A stretch of 64,000 nucleotides of DNA, from sequence record OL615013, one strand, 5' to 3'. The stretch is from Shigella phage ChubbyThor. How positions within the stretch are numbered: position 1 is the stretch's first letter; each line of letters starts with the position of its first letter. The notes beneath the pieces were generated by a model. That model did not search any database. It saw nothing but the letters and a program-made list of their open reading frames with translations, and was not told the origin of the DNA. This document shows, piece by piece, positions 46,370-56,267 of this stretch. The translations under genes and the position numbers were made by a program.

Positions 46370-46671
46370 GCGCATTCTTCGAATTCGTCGGCGTCATAAC
46401 AGTGACGGTATTCCTCGTCGTTGTACTTGGTGTGATCTATTCCCTGTTTGTCCACCCAGTGTTCCAGGCCGTCAGTATCATGCGTTGGATCACAGCTTGC
46501 TCCTTGTCGGTGGGTAACAAGCCGCCGACCCTGAAAGAGAGATGGAGTTTCTTCAAATGGGGATATGAAATCGGTGGTCCCAGAACAACCCGCTACTCTA
46601 ACAACACCGGAGAATGGTGTGGGATAGGCCGATGGCAAGTATTCAAATCTGAAGAAGATGAAGCCCCGTGA
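46366..46671 (+). CDS. small membrane protein
   Basis: ORF track 46312..46671; ATG 46366 overlaps upstream stop; strongly hydrophobic N-terminus. Confidence 0.4.
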   Translation: MSAFFEFVGVITVTVFLVVVLGVIYSLFVHPVFQAVSIMRWITACSLSVGNKPPTLKERWSFFKWGYEIGGPRTTRYSNNTGEWCGIGRWQVFKSEEDEAP

Positions 46672-46682
46672 GGGGCTTTTCT
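46661..46682 (+). terminator. intrinsic terminator
   Basis: AAGCCCC-GTGA-GGGGCTT then TTCTAT; overlaps stop codon. Confidence 0.5.
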
Positions 46683-46713
46683 ATATCCGGGATAGAGTAT
46701 CATTGTTTCACCA

Positions 46714-46947
46714 ATGAATCCTCGGGAAACTGCTATGACTACAGCAAGAAGTTACAGAAAGAACTTCAACATCGAAGGGATTGAGTTCTACCACCATTAC
46801 GCCCAGGACACCCATGGCACTGTATGCAACACATACATGCTTGACGGTCGCCCTGTAGGTTCCGATGAGTTCTATCGTGTTTTGCGCGAGTCTACAGAAG
46901 AATCCCTGTCTTACATTATCAATGCCAACGGATTGATTAAACCATGA
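46714..46947 (+). CDS. hypothetical small protein
   Basis: 77-aa ORF. Confidence 0.4.
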   Translation: MNPRETAMTTARSYRKNFNIEGIEFYHHYAQDTHGTVCNTYMLDGRPVGSDEFYRVLRESTEESLSYIINANGLIKP

Positions 46948-47630
46948 TCAACGTATCAATAAACGACCGAGATTTCGTCCACGCTGTTATGACAAACAAC
47001 AAAGACCCTCTTGCGTACAACGGGGAGAAGGTTACTCTGTTCTGGTCAGGCGGCGTGGACAGCACGTACATGCTATTCTGGCTGTTGGCTCACGGGTACG
47101 AAGTTCACACGATCTACTGCGAACTGGAGAACAACTCCTTCAAGGTGAAGCGTGAGAACTGGTCGCGCAAGAAGATCAGGGAATGGGTGACCACAAATTC
47201 GCCGAGGTTGAACACTCATTGGCATCACAGAGAAACCCCGATCAGCAAAATGAGCATCCAGTCTGGTGAGTTCCGGCCTTGTCTGGCTCAAGCCCCTGTG
47301 TGGTTGGTGAACACCCAATTCGCGGGTGGCCATTTTGATCGAGGACTGCCAAGAACTTATGTGATGGCATACGTCAACGGAGACGACGCTCTACACTGGA
47401 TCCCTGCCTTCAACAAGATCGTGGAGGGTTATAACATGTTGGCCAAAGACGGGCATGAGATCACCGTTCTCTTCCCTCTCGCCAGCATGAAGAAGACATG
47501 GTTCTACGAAGCCTTGTCGCCAATCTACGGGCTGATGACCTGGTGTGAATATCTCGTTCTGAAAAAGAACTGTGAATGCCCCGCTTGTGTCCGCCACCGT
47601 CATGAACTTTCCGTGTTTGAGGGGAAATAA
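46944..47630 (+). CDS. PP-loop ATP pyrophosphatase (QueC/ExsB-like)
   Basis: 228 aa; SGGVDS PP-loop motif near N-terminus; C-terminal Cys cluster WCEY...CECPAC like QueC zinc site. Confidence 0.55.
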   Translation: MINVSINDRDFVHAVMTNNKDPLAYNGEKVTLFWSGGVDSTYMLFWLLAHGYEVHTIYCELENNSFKVKRENWSRKKIREWVTTNSPRLNTHWHHRETPISKMSIQSGEFRPCLAQAPVWLVNTQFAGGHFDRGLPRTYVMAYVNGDDALHWIPAFNKIVEGYNMLAKDGHEITVLFPLASMKKTWFYEALSPIYGLMTWCEYLVLKKNCECPACVRHRHELSVFEGK

Positions 47631-47971
47631 TGAAACCGTCTGTTGTGGTGAACGACATCACCAGATTGATAAACCTTGTCAAAGATGTGTTCCCACAACA
47701 GGTGGATGTCGAGTATGTTGGGAAGAACGGGAAGTGCTATCAGGTTGCTCTGTTGTTGAAGCACGTGTACCCTCAAGCAGAGATCCATTACAGTCAGATT
47801 GAAGGCCACGTGTACACTCTGATTGATGGGAATTATTACGACATCGACGGCATCCACTTCAGTGTGCCACCGGACACGTGTTTGCTCGAACACAACAGAG
47901 GCCACAAACCACATCGCTGGCATAAAGGATTTGTGAACGTACCGATTTTAGAATGGTTGAGGAGACCATAA
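47630..47971 (+). CDS. hypothetical protein
   Basis: 113-aa ORF, start overlaps upstream stop. Confidence 0.4.
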   Translation: MKPSVVVNDITRLINLVKDVFPQQVDVEYVGKNGKCYQVALLLKHVYPQAEIHYSQIEGHVYTLIDGNYYDIDGIHFSVPPDTCLLEHNRGHKPHRWHKGFVNVPILEWLRRP

Positions 47972-48531
47972 TGGCAGGAATTGTGAAGTATCTGGGCGAC
48001 ACCCACCTTGGGCACAAGAAGATCTTCAAGCCCCGTGGGTTCGACACACAGGAAGCCCACGACGCTGCGGTCATTGACAGTATCTATCAGGGACTGAAGT
48101 CCCGAGACGTCCTTGAACTTGCAGGCGACATCTGCTTCATCGGGGCTGAGGGGTTCATTCGCCTGATGCGCGAGGGTGCCAAGCGGAACATTGATGAGTT
48201 CAAGCGCCGCCCAGTTCCCGATGACTGGCGTCCGAACTTTATCATCAGGGTGGCGCAAGGCAACCATGACAGCTTCAAGATGTTGATGCAGCTGTATCAA
48301 GAGGGATGGATTAGCTCCTTCGGTGCGATGTATGAGCGTGACACTCCGGTTGGTCGTGTGCTGACCACTCACGTTCCTTATCAATTAGACCGCTGGGCGT
48401 ATAATATCCATGGTCATCTTCACGGCGAAATGCGTGAAGAACGCGAATACCTGAACTGCAGCTGGGAACAATTCAAGCGCCCTGTGACATTGGCCGAGCT
48501 GCTCTATACCAATCTGGGGATTGAAATATGA
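47971..48531 (+). CDS. calcineurin-like metallophosphoesterase
   Basis: ORF track 47953..48531; motifs GDTHLGH, GDICF, GNHD, HGHLH. Confidence 0.55.
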   Translation: MAGIVKYLGDTHLGHKKIFKPRGFDTQEAHDAAVIDSIYQGLKSRDVLELAGDICFIGAEGFIRLMREGAKRNIDEFKRRPVPDDWRPNFIIRVAQGNHDSFKMLMQLYQEGWISSFGAMYERDTPVGRVLTTHVPYQLDRWAYNIHGHLHGEMREEREYLNCSWEQFKRPVTLAELLYTNLGIEI

Positions 48532-48845
48532 AAATTTATTTTCCTGGTCAGAAAGTGCCTTCTGAAGTGGAGAAGGTGGAGTTCACGGGTTATCGGGGAG
48601 GAGATCCCAACTTGCGTTTCTCCTCTCCTTGTATCGTGAAAAGAACAGAAACGGGCTATTACGTCAGACCAATCGTATTGATGGGCAGCGTGATGACATT
48701 AAGAGCAACCGCCGACCATGTTTCTATACAAGGCAGCCCAGAGATTACATGTGGGATAACCCACATGAACTGCAAGCCGATTATCCCGACATGGTTGATT
48801 ATTGGTGTGCTTTCTGTTTTGGCTCTGAAAGGGGTATTGTTATGA
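48528..48845 (+). CDS. hypothetical protein with C-terminal TM helix
   Basis: 105-aa ORF. Confidence 0.4.
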   Translation: MKIYFPGQKVPSEVEKVEFTGYRGGDPNLRFSSPCIVKRTETGYYVRPIVLMGSVMTLRATADHVSIQGSPEITCGITHMNCKPIIPTWLIIGVLSVLALKGVLL

Positions 48846-49180
48846 AAAAGCCGCGCATCACAGGACACCAACTCTCGGTTCTCTACGGGATAGAGAACTT
48901 TGAGAAAGGTCATCGCCGTTATGGTGAACGGTACTTGCATCCCAAATCCTGGGCCAATGACAAGGGCAACACCGTCTGGACGTTCCAGGTATGCCCGAAC
49001 GCTGGTGGTTTCACCTCCGTCAAAGGCGATCCATGGGACACCCGCACAGGGGCTTCCCTGCTCGCCAAGGGGTTGATCGAACCAGCTGGCTCAATGGTTC
49101 ATGACGGTTCGTACGTGAACTGGCCGAACACTGAGGTGACGTTCTACCGCCTGACTGAACTCGGTAAGTCTTATCTCTGA
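48842..49180 (+). CDS. hypothetical protein
   Basis: ATG 48842 inside ORF-track entry 48629..49180. Confidence 0.4.
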   Translation: MKKPRITGHQLSVLYGIENFEKGHRRYGERYLHPKSWANDKGNTVWTFQVCPNAGGFTSVKGDPWDTRTGASLLAKGLIEPAGSMVHDGSYVNWPNTEVTFYRLTELGKSYL

Positions 49181-49202
49181 ATAAAGATTCAGCGGTTATT
49201 GA

Positions 49203-49232
49203 AGAAGGGGGAGTATATACTTCCCCTTAGTT
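49203..49232 (+). terminator. long GC-clamped hairpin (terminator-like)
   Basis: AAGGGGGAGTATA/TATACTTCCCCCTT; flanked by TTATTGAAGAAG motif. Confidence 0.4.
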
Positions 49233-49250
49233 TATTAAGAGGAACCGGAA

Positions 49251-49592
49251 ATGACCCCATTAAAAGAAATGTATGAGCGCCTGGCTGAACTGCAGGCGAA
49301 GGAAAAGCGCTTCTCGGAAGAAGAGACAGAGCTGTCCGAGCTGAACACTTTGATCGCCACTCGCGAGAAGTACCTCCAGCGCTACATCAACCATCCTCCC
49401 CACATGGTGGAGCGTGTGTCTGAAGCGATCATGCCGTTTGCTGGGCGTGAGTTTAATGAGCAAACTCGTGAAGAGATACTCAAAGTCATCGTAGCAGAAG
49501 TCCATTCCATGGTCTCCCTCGGCCAGATCTTTGGCCGCGCAGACCAGGAGGACATGATCTTCCTTCTGAACAAGAATGTGGTGGTGAAATAA
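49251..49592 (+). CDS. hypothetical protein
   Basis: 113-aa ORF. Confidence 0.4.
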   Translation: MTPLKEMYERLAELQAKEKRFSEEETELSELNTLIATREKYLQRYINHPPHMVERVSEAIMPFAGREFNEQTREEILKVIVAEVHSMVSLGQIFGRADQEDMIFLLNKNVVVK

Positions 49593-50095
49593 TGTCCATC
49601 AAGCCCCGTATGATGTTTGCGCACATGCGCTCGGCTCATGCATATGCACTGTCCAGCTATGCTCGGCGCCTGAAGGTCGGCTGTGTTATCGTTGACCCAA
49701 ATATTGACCAACCTGTTGCCATCGGCTGGAACGGGACTGCTCCTGGTGCTCCTAACGTCTGTGAGCAAGAAGTGGACGGTCAGTTGGTAAGCCTCGAAAG
49801 TGTTGTCCATGCTGAAGAGAATGCCCTGGACAATATACGAAAGGCTCACACCGGGCTTGTAATGTTCGTAACACACAGCCCCTGTCCGAGATGCACGAAG
49901 AAGATAATCGAAAGCGGTAATATCGACCAGATCTTTTACAATGTGCCATATCGAATCACAGACGGCATCGTTGAGATGATGAACGCTGGCATTGAAGTCT
50001 ATCGCATGGTCGACCAGTACGCCGTCGTCAAACATTGCTTTGATACCGAAGGCAAATTAACATCCACCCCTGTTTTAGTGAACCCTGACAAGTAA
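49592..50095 (+). CDS. cd: dCMP deaminase (cytidine/deoxycytidylate deaminase family)
   Basis: 167 aa; zinc-binding HAEENAL and PCPRC motifs. Confidence 0.75.
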   Translation: MSIKPRMMFAHMRSAHAYALSSYARRLKVGCVIVDPNIDQPVAIGWNGTAPGAPNVCEQEVDGQLVSLESVVHAEENALDNIRKAHTGLVMFVTHSPCPRCTKKIIESGNIDQIFYNVPYRITDGIVEMMNAGIEVYRMVDQYAVVKHCFDTEGKLTSTPVLVNPDK

Positions 50096-50105
50096 GGAAT
50101 TTATC

Positions 50106-50513
50106 ATGCGTTATGTAGATCGTATGCTCGGCAAAGACGAGCACGTTATTGCCTTCACTCGCCCGACCTGGTGGAGCGGCTTCTGGATGTATGTGTTGGT
50201 TGTGCTTCTGTTTGTGCCAACCTTCGGCGTCAGTCTGTTGTTCCTGATCCCGACTGTACTGAACGTCCTGACCACTGAATTCGCTGTGACCAACAAGCGT
50301 GTCATCGTCAAACGTGGTTTCATCCGTCGTGATGCTGATGAGTTGCGCATCGGCAAGGTGGAAACAGTGAAGGTCGACCAGTCTATCACAGGCCGCATCC
50401 TGGGCTTCTCTACCATCAGTGTCATCGGTACGGGCGGCACTCGCCTGCTGGCCACGGGTTGTGCTGGCGGCAATGCGTTCCGTCAGAAGATCTACGACCA
50501 GCTGGACGATTGA
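50106..50513 (+). CDS. membrane protein with bacterial PH-like domain
   Basis: 135 aa; two N-terminal TM helices then NKRVIVKRGFIRRD...VETVKV pattern. Confidence 0.45.
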   Translation: MRYVDRMLGKDEHVIAFTRPTWWSGFWMYVLVVLLFVPTFGVSLLFLIPTVLNVLTTEFAVTNKRVIVKRGFIRRDADELRIGKVETVKVDQSITGRILGFSTISVIGTGGTRLLATGCAGGNAFRQKIYDQLDD

Positions 50514-50515
50514 TT

Positions 50516-50728
50516 GTGATCACTTCAGGCTACACCATCGACCTGTATTGTGAATGCTCCGACTGCAAATCATGTAGTTGGGCTTGGGAAGAACACCACC
50601 CCAAATGCGGATTCAAGCAATACTCTGGTGAGACTTGGGGTGAGTGTGTCAAACAGGCGCGAGCAGACGGCTGGCAAATCGGGCGTGACAGATATACCTG
50701 CTACGCCCCTGGCCACAAAAGAAGTTAA
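50516..50728 (+). CDS. small Cys-rich protein
   Basis: Within ORF-track entry 50459..50728; only non-overlapping start is GTG 50516; weak. Confidence 0.3.
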   Translation: MITSGYTIDLYCECSDCKSCSWAWEEHHPKCGFKQYSGETWGECVKQARADGWQIGRDRYTCYAPGHKRS

Positions 50729-51339
50729 GGCAATAGAAGTCCATCATCCCGCTCCGTTGGGGCGGGTTTAATCTCCTTCCGCATCTGTTCCTTCAGCACC
50801 CTGACGCGTTCGGCATGTCGGCGGTCTTGCATCTCCATATCCCGTTTCTTCTTCGACTTCAGCTCAAACTGTTTGCGGACATCCGGATCTTCACCTGGAA
50901 CAAGATGCTCTTCAGTCCAGATAATGAACTTCCAGTTCTTCTTGGCACACAGTTCACGGGTAGCCTCCCACTTGGCAGAGTTGACCAACCAGGTTCGCAT
51001 CGCATTGTTGAATGTCGACTCCTTCATGTTCGGAGTCTTCTTCGGCTGCTTGATCTGGTCTTTGGGCTTGATCTCAATGAGGGTGACCTGCAGTTCCTCT
51101 TGCCCTTCACGGCGCGTCCAGACCTTGAGGTCCATGAAGTAACGATGGGTGCGCCCGTCGACTGGGGAAATGTAAGGGATTACAGTCTCCTCGCTCGACC
51201 ACTTCACTATCGCGGAGTTCATATCACAGAACTTGAAAGCCACCAACTCCAGCGAAGAGCGGAAGATGATGTTGTTCACATTCCCCTGATACTTCTTGGG
51301 ATTAACCGGGGTGTATTTCCCCTGAAGATAGTTGCTCAT
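50725..51339 (-). CDS. PD-(D/E)xK-fold protein, possibly head-completion (gp4-like) protein
   Basis: 204 aa; FMDLKVW ... LIEIKP D...ExK arrangement; divergent from structural operon. Confidence 0.35.
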   Translation of the reverse strand: MSNYLQGKYTPVNPKKYQGNVNNIIFRSSLELVAFKFCDMNSAIVKWSSEETVIPYISPVDGRTHRYFMDLKVWTRREGQEELQVTLIEIKPKDQIKQPKKTPNMKESTFNNAMRTWLVNSAKWEATRELCAKKNWKFIIWTEEHLVPGEDPDVRKQFELKSKKKRDMEMQDRRHAERVRVLKEQMRKEIKPAPTERDDGLLLP

Positions 51340-51348
51340 AATTTAGTC

Positions 51349-51380
51349 CTAAATAGCCATAACACTCTATCTATTTAAGG
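51349..51380 (+). promoter_or_regulatory. late-promoter-like box CTAAATAG with downstream inverted copy overlapping the SD
   Basis: CTAAATAG 51349-51356; inverted copy CTATTTAAGG 51371-51380; ATG 51390. Confidence 0.35.
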
Positions 51381-51389
51381 GCTGAGACC

Positions 51390-52358
51390 ATGTCCGACTT
51401 CAAAAAGACAATCGATAAGATCAAAGTTCTGAACACGAAGGGATTGTCCCAGGCTCAGAAGCAATTGACTTATCCCCTGGACGTCACTGGGGGTAAGACC
51501 CTGGGCCACTATGTCCTATTCAACATCAACCGCATCTCCGGTTCATCTTACGGTGACACGGCTACCCAGACTGTCGAGAACCCAATACAGAACCCTCTGG
51601 GGAATACTCCTGTGGTCTATGGGTCCAAGTCTGGTTCCATCACCAAATATGCATGGGCGCGTCACGTTCGCTCGAACGAATCCATCGTCCTGTGTATGCC
51701 AGAGTCCATTACAACCAACTATGGCGTTGGCTGGAATGGCAGTGAGCTGGGGCTGGCTGGAATGGGGGCACAGTTCCTTTCCCGCGCCGCCCAAGACATG
51801 ACTCAGTTTAAACTGGGTGATGCATTGAACGTCGGGAAGGAGATGGGGCGATTCGCTGCCACCAAGGCCATTCAGTCGGCCTCTGAGTCTATTCCGTTCC
51901 TACCGACCATTAACGCCCATGACACCCTTGAGTTGTTCACAGGCACCATGACCAACCCGTATGTGGAGATGATCTTCCAGGGCGTCCGCAACCGTGAGAT
52001 TCCATTTACATTCAAATTCACGCCGCGATCTCAGAAGGAAGCCAAGATGGTCCGTGAGATCATCCGTCTGTTCAAGATGCACATGTACCCTGAGTACAAG
52101 TACAACAAGAACTCCAGTGCCTTCTATCTGCATCCATCGACCTTTGATATCACGTTCATGGTCAATGGTGAGCGTAACCAATGGCTCCACCGCATCTCCA
52201 CCTGCGTGCTGTCCAACATGTTCGTCAACGAGACGCCGGACAGTTCATACGCGGTTCACAAAGATGATGGTATCGTGTCCACGCAGGTTGACATGACCTT
52301 CATCGAACTGGAGCCTCTGCATAAAGGGCGCTTTGAAACCGAAGGCGATAGCTTCTAA
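51390..52358 (+). CDS. tail tube / baseplate-tube junction protein (gp48/gp54-like)
   Basis: 322 aa; first gene of plus-strand late operon; assignment by size/order/composition. Confidence 0.35.
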   Translation: MSDFKKTIDKIKVLNTKGLSQAQKQLTYPLDVTGGKTLGHYVLFNINRISGSSYGDTATQTVENPIQNPLGNTPVVYGSKSGSITKYAWARHVRSNESIVLCMPESITTNYGVGWNGSELGLAGMGAQFLSRAAQDMTQFKLGDALNVGKEMGRFAATKAIQSASESIPFLPTINAHDTLELFTGTMTNPYVEMIFQGVRNREIPFTFKFTPRSQKEAKMVREIIRLFKMHMYPEYKYNKNSSAFYLHPSTFDITFMVNGERNQWLHRISTCVLSNMFVNETPDSSYAVHKDDGIVSTQVDMTFIELEPLHKGRFETEGDSF

Positions 52359-52369
52359 GAGAGGATGCC

Positions 52370-52924
52370 ATGAAATATTTTGAGAAGTTTCCCCTTGTTT
52401 GGCATCAATTGCAAGATGTCCAAGAGAATGACCAGGTGCTGTTACAGAACTTAACGCGCCGGGTAATGATCTTACAGAAAATTAAGGACATCGAAGGGCT
52501 TCTCCTGCCGTATACGATCCAAGAGGGGGAAACCCCAAGGTCTTTCGCAGAACGCGTTTACGGATCCTTCGAGTTGTTTTGGATACCTTGTCTGATAAAC
52601 GGCATCATGGACATCAATAAGGACTGGCCGAAACCGGAACGTCGTATTGTTGAAGAACTGACTGCAGACTATGGCATCGATGGTATGTGGGATACAGCCT
52701 ATTATGTCGACCAGTTCAACAATGTGACCGACGCCCGTGCGATCAAATTTGCGTATAACCTGGACCTGGATGAGCCGTCCATAATTGCTAACTATGGTCT
52801 GACGGCAGTTTCATATCATGATGATGCAATCAGTAAGAACGAAGCCAAACGGAACATCCAAGTACTCGACCCAGATTATGTGTCTTCGTTTGTCAATCAG
52901 CTGGAGCAGGAGTTGGCGAAATGA
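52370..52924 (+). CDS. baseplate structural protein
   Basis: 184-aa ORF in structural operon. Confidence 0.35.
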   Translation: MKYFEKFPLVWHQLQDVQENDQVLLQNLTRRVMILQKIKDIEGLLLPYTIQEGETPRSFAERVYGSFELFWIPCLINGIMDINKDWPKPERRIVEELTADYGIDGMWDTAYYVDQFNNVTDARAIKFAYNLDLDEPSIIANYGLTAVSYHDDAISKNEAKRNIQVLDPDYVSSFVNQLEQELAK

Positions 52925-54309
52925 TCGAAAACAGAGAGACCCAAGACGGTATTGTAACACCGTCAACAACATTTGACCTGAAGTATATGGCGATCCTCCC
53001 TCATACACCCCAGGGCGGAACACCAACGCCATACGACCTGACGGCGTTGTTTGAGGAGTTCAACGTCTTCCAGGATCTGGGTCTTGAAGGGAAGTCATCT
53101 CCATCGCTTACAGCCAATGTCTTGATAAAAGAGGGGTGGGACATTCTGGACACAATGCCTATCTTGGGTGGTGAAGAAGTTGTGGTGTCATTCAAGAGTC
53201 CGGCGGCCTCGGATTACACCACTCTCTCCCTGCGCGTGGCGCGGGTAGGGCGCGTGGCTGATGAGTCCAACAGCTCGTCCAAGAAAGCATTCTGGTTGCA
53301 CATGGTGACTACCGATGCCTACAAGGACAGCATGATCCGCTGCTCCCTCGGTCTTGACGGTTCGTACTCTGACATGGCAAAGGTAATCTTCAACCAGCTG
53401 GAGTCGCGCACCAAGTTCGAAGACATCGACCCGTCATATGGCATTCAAGAGCGATTCGCCACCCCGCTCTGGCCTGTGCTGCGATCTATTGATTATATGG
53501 CGAGCCGTTCTTATGACGAATTGTTCATGCCATTCGTCTTCTATGAAGACTTCAATGGCTATCACTTCAAGAGCCTGACGACGTTGTTCAACCAGGGCAG
53601 CCAGTCATTGACGGCAGAAGAGAAGCAGGAACTGGCTCAGCAGAACAAGTTATTCCGTGATCCTCAGGACGCGCCGCTCATGCAGGATAACAACTTCAAC
53701 TCTGAGCGTTTCATGCGCACTATCATTAAGGCAGAGAAGAAGCTGGCGCGTGACCAGTTCATGGCAAACTACCGTGATGTCCTGGCGGTGAATGAGCGTG
53801 TATACGACTTTGAGACCAAGACAGTCACCCCTACACAGCGCATCTACACTGAGTGGTTTGCAGAGACGGCTCACCTTGACCCATTCCCGATGTTCTCAGA
53901 TGAATTCGATCGTCAGAACGTCCGTTATATTGAAGCCCAACCGGATGGAGCGGAGCAGATTGATTATGCTCGTCGTGTTATCAACTTCAGTCTTGCCAGT
54001 ACTGTGATGCGCGTGTTGCTCGTTGGTGATAACCGCCTGAACGTCGGCCAGGTGTTCTACATCGAAGACCAGTCCAACCGTCCTAAGAAGAACGAAAACC
54101 TGGCAGAGTTAAGTAAGCTATCGACAGGCCACTATATCGTGACCAAAGTACGTCACAAGATTTCCCGCCTGACCAAAGATTATCAGTGCATCGCTGAGAT
54201 TGCCAAGGACAGTTTGCTGGAGCAGGTGCTTCCACCTCAGACCAATCAGACAACTGCTTCCACCACTACTCCTCAGGCGATTGAGAAAGGCCAAGCACAG
54301 AAGGTTTAA
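52921..54309 (+). CDS. baseplate hub-like structural protein
   Basis: 462-aa ORF in structural operon. Confidence 0.35.
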   Translation: MIENRETQDGIVTPSTTFDLKYMAILPHTPQGGTPTPYDLTALFEEFNVFQDLGLEGKSSPSLTANVLIKEGWDILDTMPILGGEEVVVSFKSPAASDYTTLSLRVARVGRVADESNSSSKKAFWLHMVTTDAYKDSMIRCSLGLDGSYSDMAKVIFNQLESRTKFEDIDPSYGIQERFATPLWPVLRSIDYMASRSYDELFMPFVFYEDFNGYHFKSLTTLFNQGSQSLTAEEKQELAQQNKLFRDPQDAPLMQDNNFNSERFMRTIIKAEKKLARDQFMANYRDVLAVNERVYDFETKTVTPTQRIYTEWFAETAHLDPFPMFSDEFDRQNVRYIEAQPDGAEQIDYARRVINFSLASTVMRVLLVGDNRLNVGQVFYIEDQSNRPKKNENLAELSKLSTGHYIVTKVRHKISRLTKDYQCIAEIAKDSLLEQVLPPQTNQTTASTTTPQAIEKGQAQKV

Positions 54310-54320
54310 CGAGGTGACCC

Positions 54321-56267
54321 ATGGCACAGGAAGCAACGAACAATGATGTTGTCAAAGTTCTAGACAAGATCAAGGCGGAGATGATGCAGCGCAAACAACT
54401 CCGCGCTCAGAATGAAACCAACAAACAGCTTGACCGGATGAACAAGAATCTGGCCAAGCTGGAATCTGCTGCTAAACAGGACACCAAGGCCGAGTCCAAG
54501 CCATTTGAAATCCGCATCCCGACGGTCAATGAGATCGTCATGGGATTCGCTCGCATGTCTCCGATCTTCACCCGCGATTTCGGCGTATGGATGAAGGATA
54601 CCGTCGATGTGGGCAACGAAGGCAATCGGGAACTGGAGAACATCGCAGGCAAAATTGACCGCCTCGGCGAGATCACCCGCATGCCAACAGATGACACGTC
54701 CCTGGAGTATCTGAACCTCATCTCAGATCAGTTGAAGTCGGCCAATGATGACAGCCTCAAGCGCATGGACGAGCAGAGTGTGTCTCTGGTTCGTGTAGGA
54801 TCATTCCTGAACATGATCGACGGAGTGATGATCGAGGTTCGTGATGATGTTGCTGAACTGAAAAAGAACTCCGATGACAGCCTTACTCGCTTGTCTAGCA
54901 TTGAAGACAAGATTGGGCGCACGGGTGGTCATATCGTTGGAGCGCTGACACGCATCTTTGATGAAGACCAGAAGTGGCGTGAGAAGGACGAGATGCGCCG
55001 TGGGGAAACCGACAAAGAAACGGGTGGTCATCCTCAGGCGAGTTCTGTTATACCCAAAGACGATGACCAGAAAGACGATTCCTCCGGTATCGGGGCGGCG
55101 GTGGCGGCCATGCTTGGCCTGAATGCACTGAAGGGATTCCTGCTCAAGCCATTCAAGATCATCGGTGGCGTTGTCGGGGCTTTCCTCGGTATGTTCTCCA
55201 AGCTGGGAGAAGGTATCACCAAACTTCTGGGTCCATTTGGGAAGGTGTTCAAGTTCCTGAAAGTCGGTCCACTGGCTCTTCTGTCTATGATCTGGGACTT
55301 CGGTAAAGGCTTCATTGATGCGAAGGAGATCCTGGGTAAAGGTGCTGTCACGATAGTTGACCGAGTACGGGCGGGCATATCCGAGTTGGTCGGCGGCTTT
55401 GGTGATCTATTTGACTGGGTGTCCAAGATCTTTGGCTTCGATACAGAGGCGGGAGAAACCCTGCGCAAATATACCCTCATGCTCACTGAGGCTCCCGCTC
55501 GCTGGCTGAATGGTATTGTAGACTGGATTAGTAACGACTTGTTTGCAGGGATCGGGAGAGGGACGTCTCTTACGGATATCCCTGGCAAGCTGGCAGACAA
55601 CCTTCAGTCGGAATTGATGAAGCTGGTCGACTGGATCACAGGTGGCATCAGTGGTGTTATCGACGAGGGCATGGGTGTCGCCAACAAGGTCATTGACGAT
55701 ATCAAGAAGGGTTTTGCCGAAAACGTGAAGAAGCCTTTCTTCAACATGCTGAACGCTATCACCAACGCGATGTTCGATATCGTTGACAAATTCGTCAGCA
55801 TCATCCCAGACGCTCTGGGTGGACAGGCTGCGAAGCAGAAGATGGATGAGGCTCGCCAGTCTATGCTGATTGGCACTGATGAGAATCCGTCTCCTAATAC
55901 GACAGCGGCCTCGCAGCCACAGACGCCACCACAACCGAACATTGATCCACAAACGCTGACTCCGATACCTTCTGGTGTGTCTTCAGATTACAAGAATGTG
56001 ACTGATGACCGCACCTCTCAGCTGAAAGATGCGTATGGTTCTATTGGGGGTGGTACTCTGGGTGGGGCTATGCCATCACAAGGGAGGGCGCTGTCTAATA
56101 TTGAACAAGTGCAAGGCGGCTATTCACCGCCTCCAGCCAGCGTCGTAATGCCAGTGCAGCAGAATGTGGATGCTTCTAAGAAGATCAACACGACCAATAA
56201 CTTCAACAGCTCATCCCTTGAGCCTGAGAACAAAACAGATAATTCCCGCATCCTGTGGGAATGGTAA
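54321..56267 (+). CDS. tape-measure / baseplate hub protein (gp29-like)
   Basis: 648 aa; N-terminal coiled-coil-like region, central Gly-rich hydrophobic stretch GIGAAVAAMLGLNALKGFLL...GGVVGAFLGMF. Confidence 0.4.
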   Translation: MAQEATNNDVVKVLDKIKAEMMQRKQLRAQNETNKQLDRMNKNLAKLESAAKQDTKAESKPFEIRIPTVNEIVMGFARMSPIFTRDFGVWMKDTVDVGNEGNRELENIAGKIDRLGEITRMPTDDTSLEYLNLISDQLKSANDDSLKRMDEQSVSLVRVGSFLNMIDGVMIEVRDDVAELKKNSDDSLTRLSSIEDKIGRTGGHIVGALTRIFDEDQKWREKDEMRRGETDKETGGHPQASSVIPKDDDQKDDSSGIGAAVAAMLGLNALKGFLLKPFKIIGGVVGAFLGMFSKLGEGITKLLGPFGKVFKFLKVGPLALLSMIWDFGKGFIDAKEILGKGAVTIVDRVRAGISELVGGFGDLFDWVSKIFGFDTEAGETLRKYTLMLTEAPARWLNGIVDWISNDLFAGIGRGTSLTDIPGKLADNLQSELMKLVDWITGGISGVIDEGMGVANKVIDDIKKGFAENVKKPFFNMLNAITNAMFDIVDKFVSIIPDALGGQAAKQKMDEARQSMLIGTDENPSPNTTAASQPQTPPQPNIDPQTLTPIPSGVSSDYKNVTDDRTSQLKDAYGSIGGGTLGGAMPSQGRALSNIEQVQGGYSPPPASVVMPVQQNVDASKKINTTNNFNSSSLEPENKTDNSRILWEW

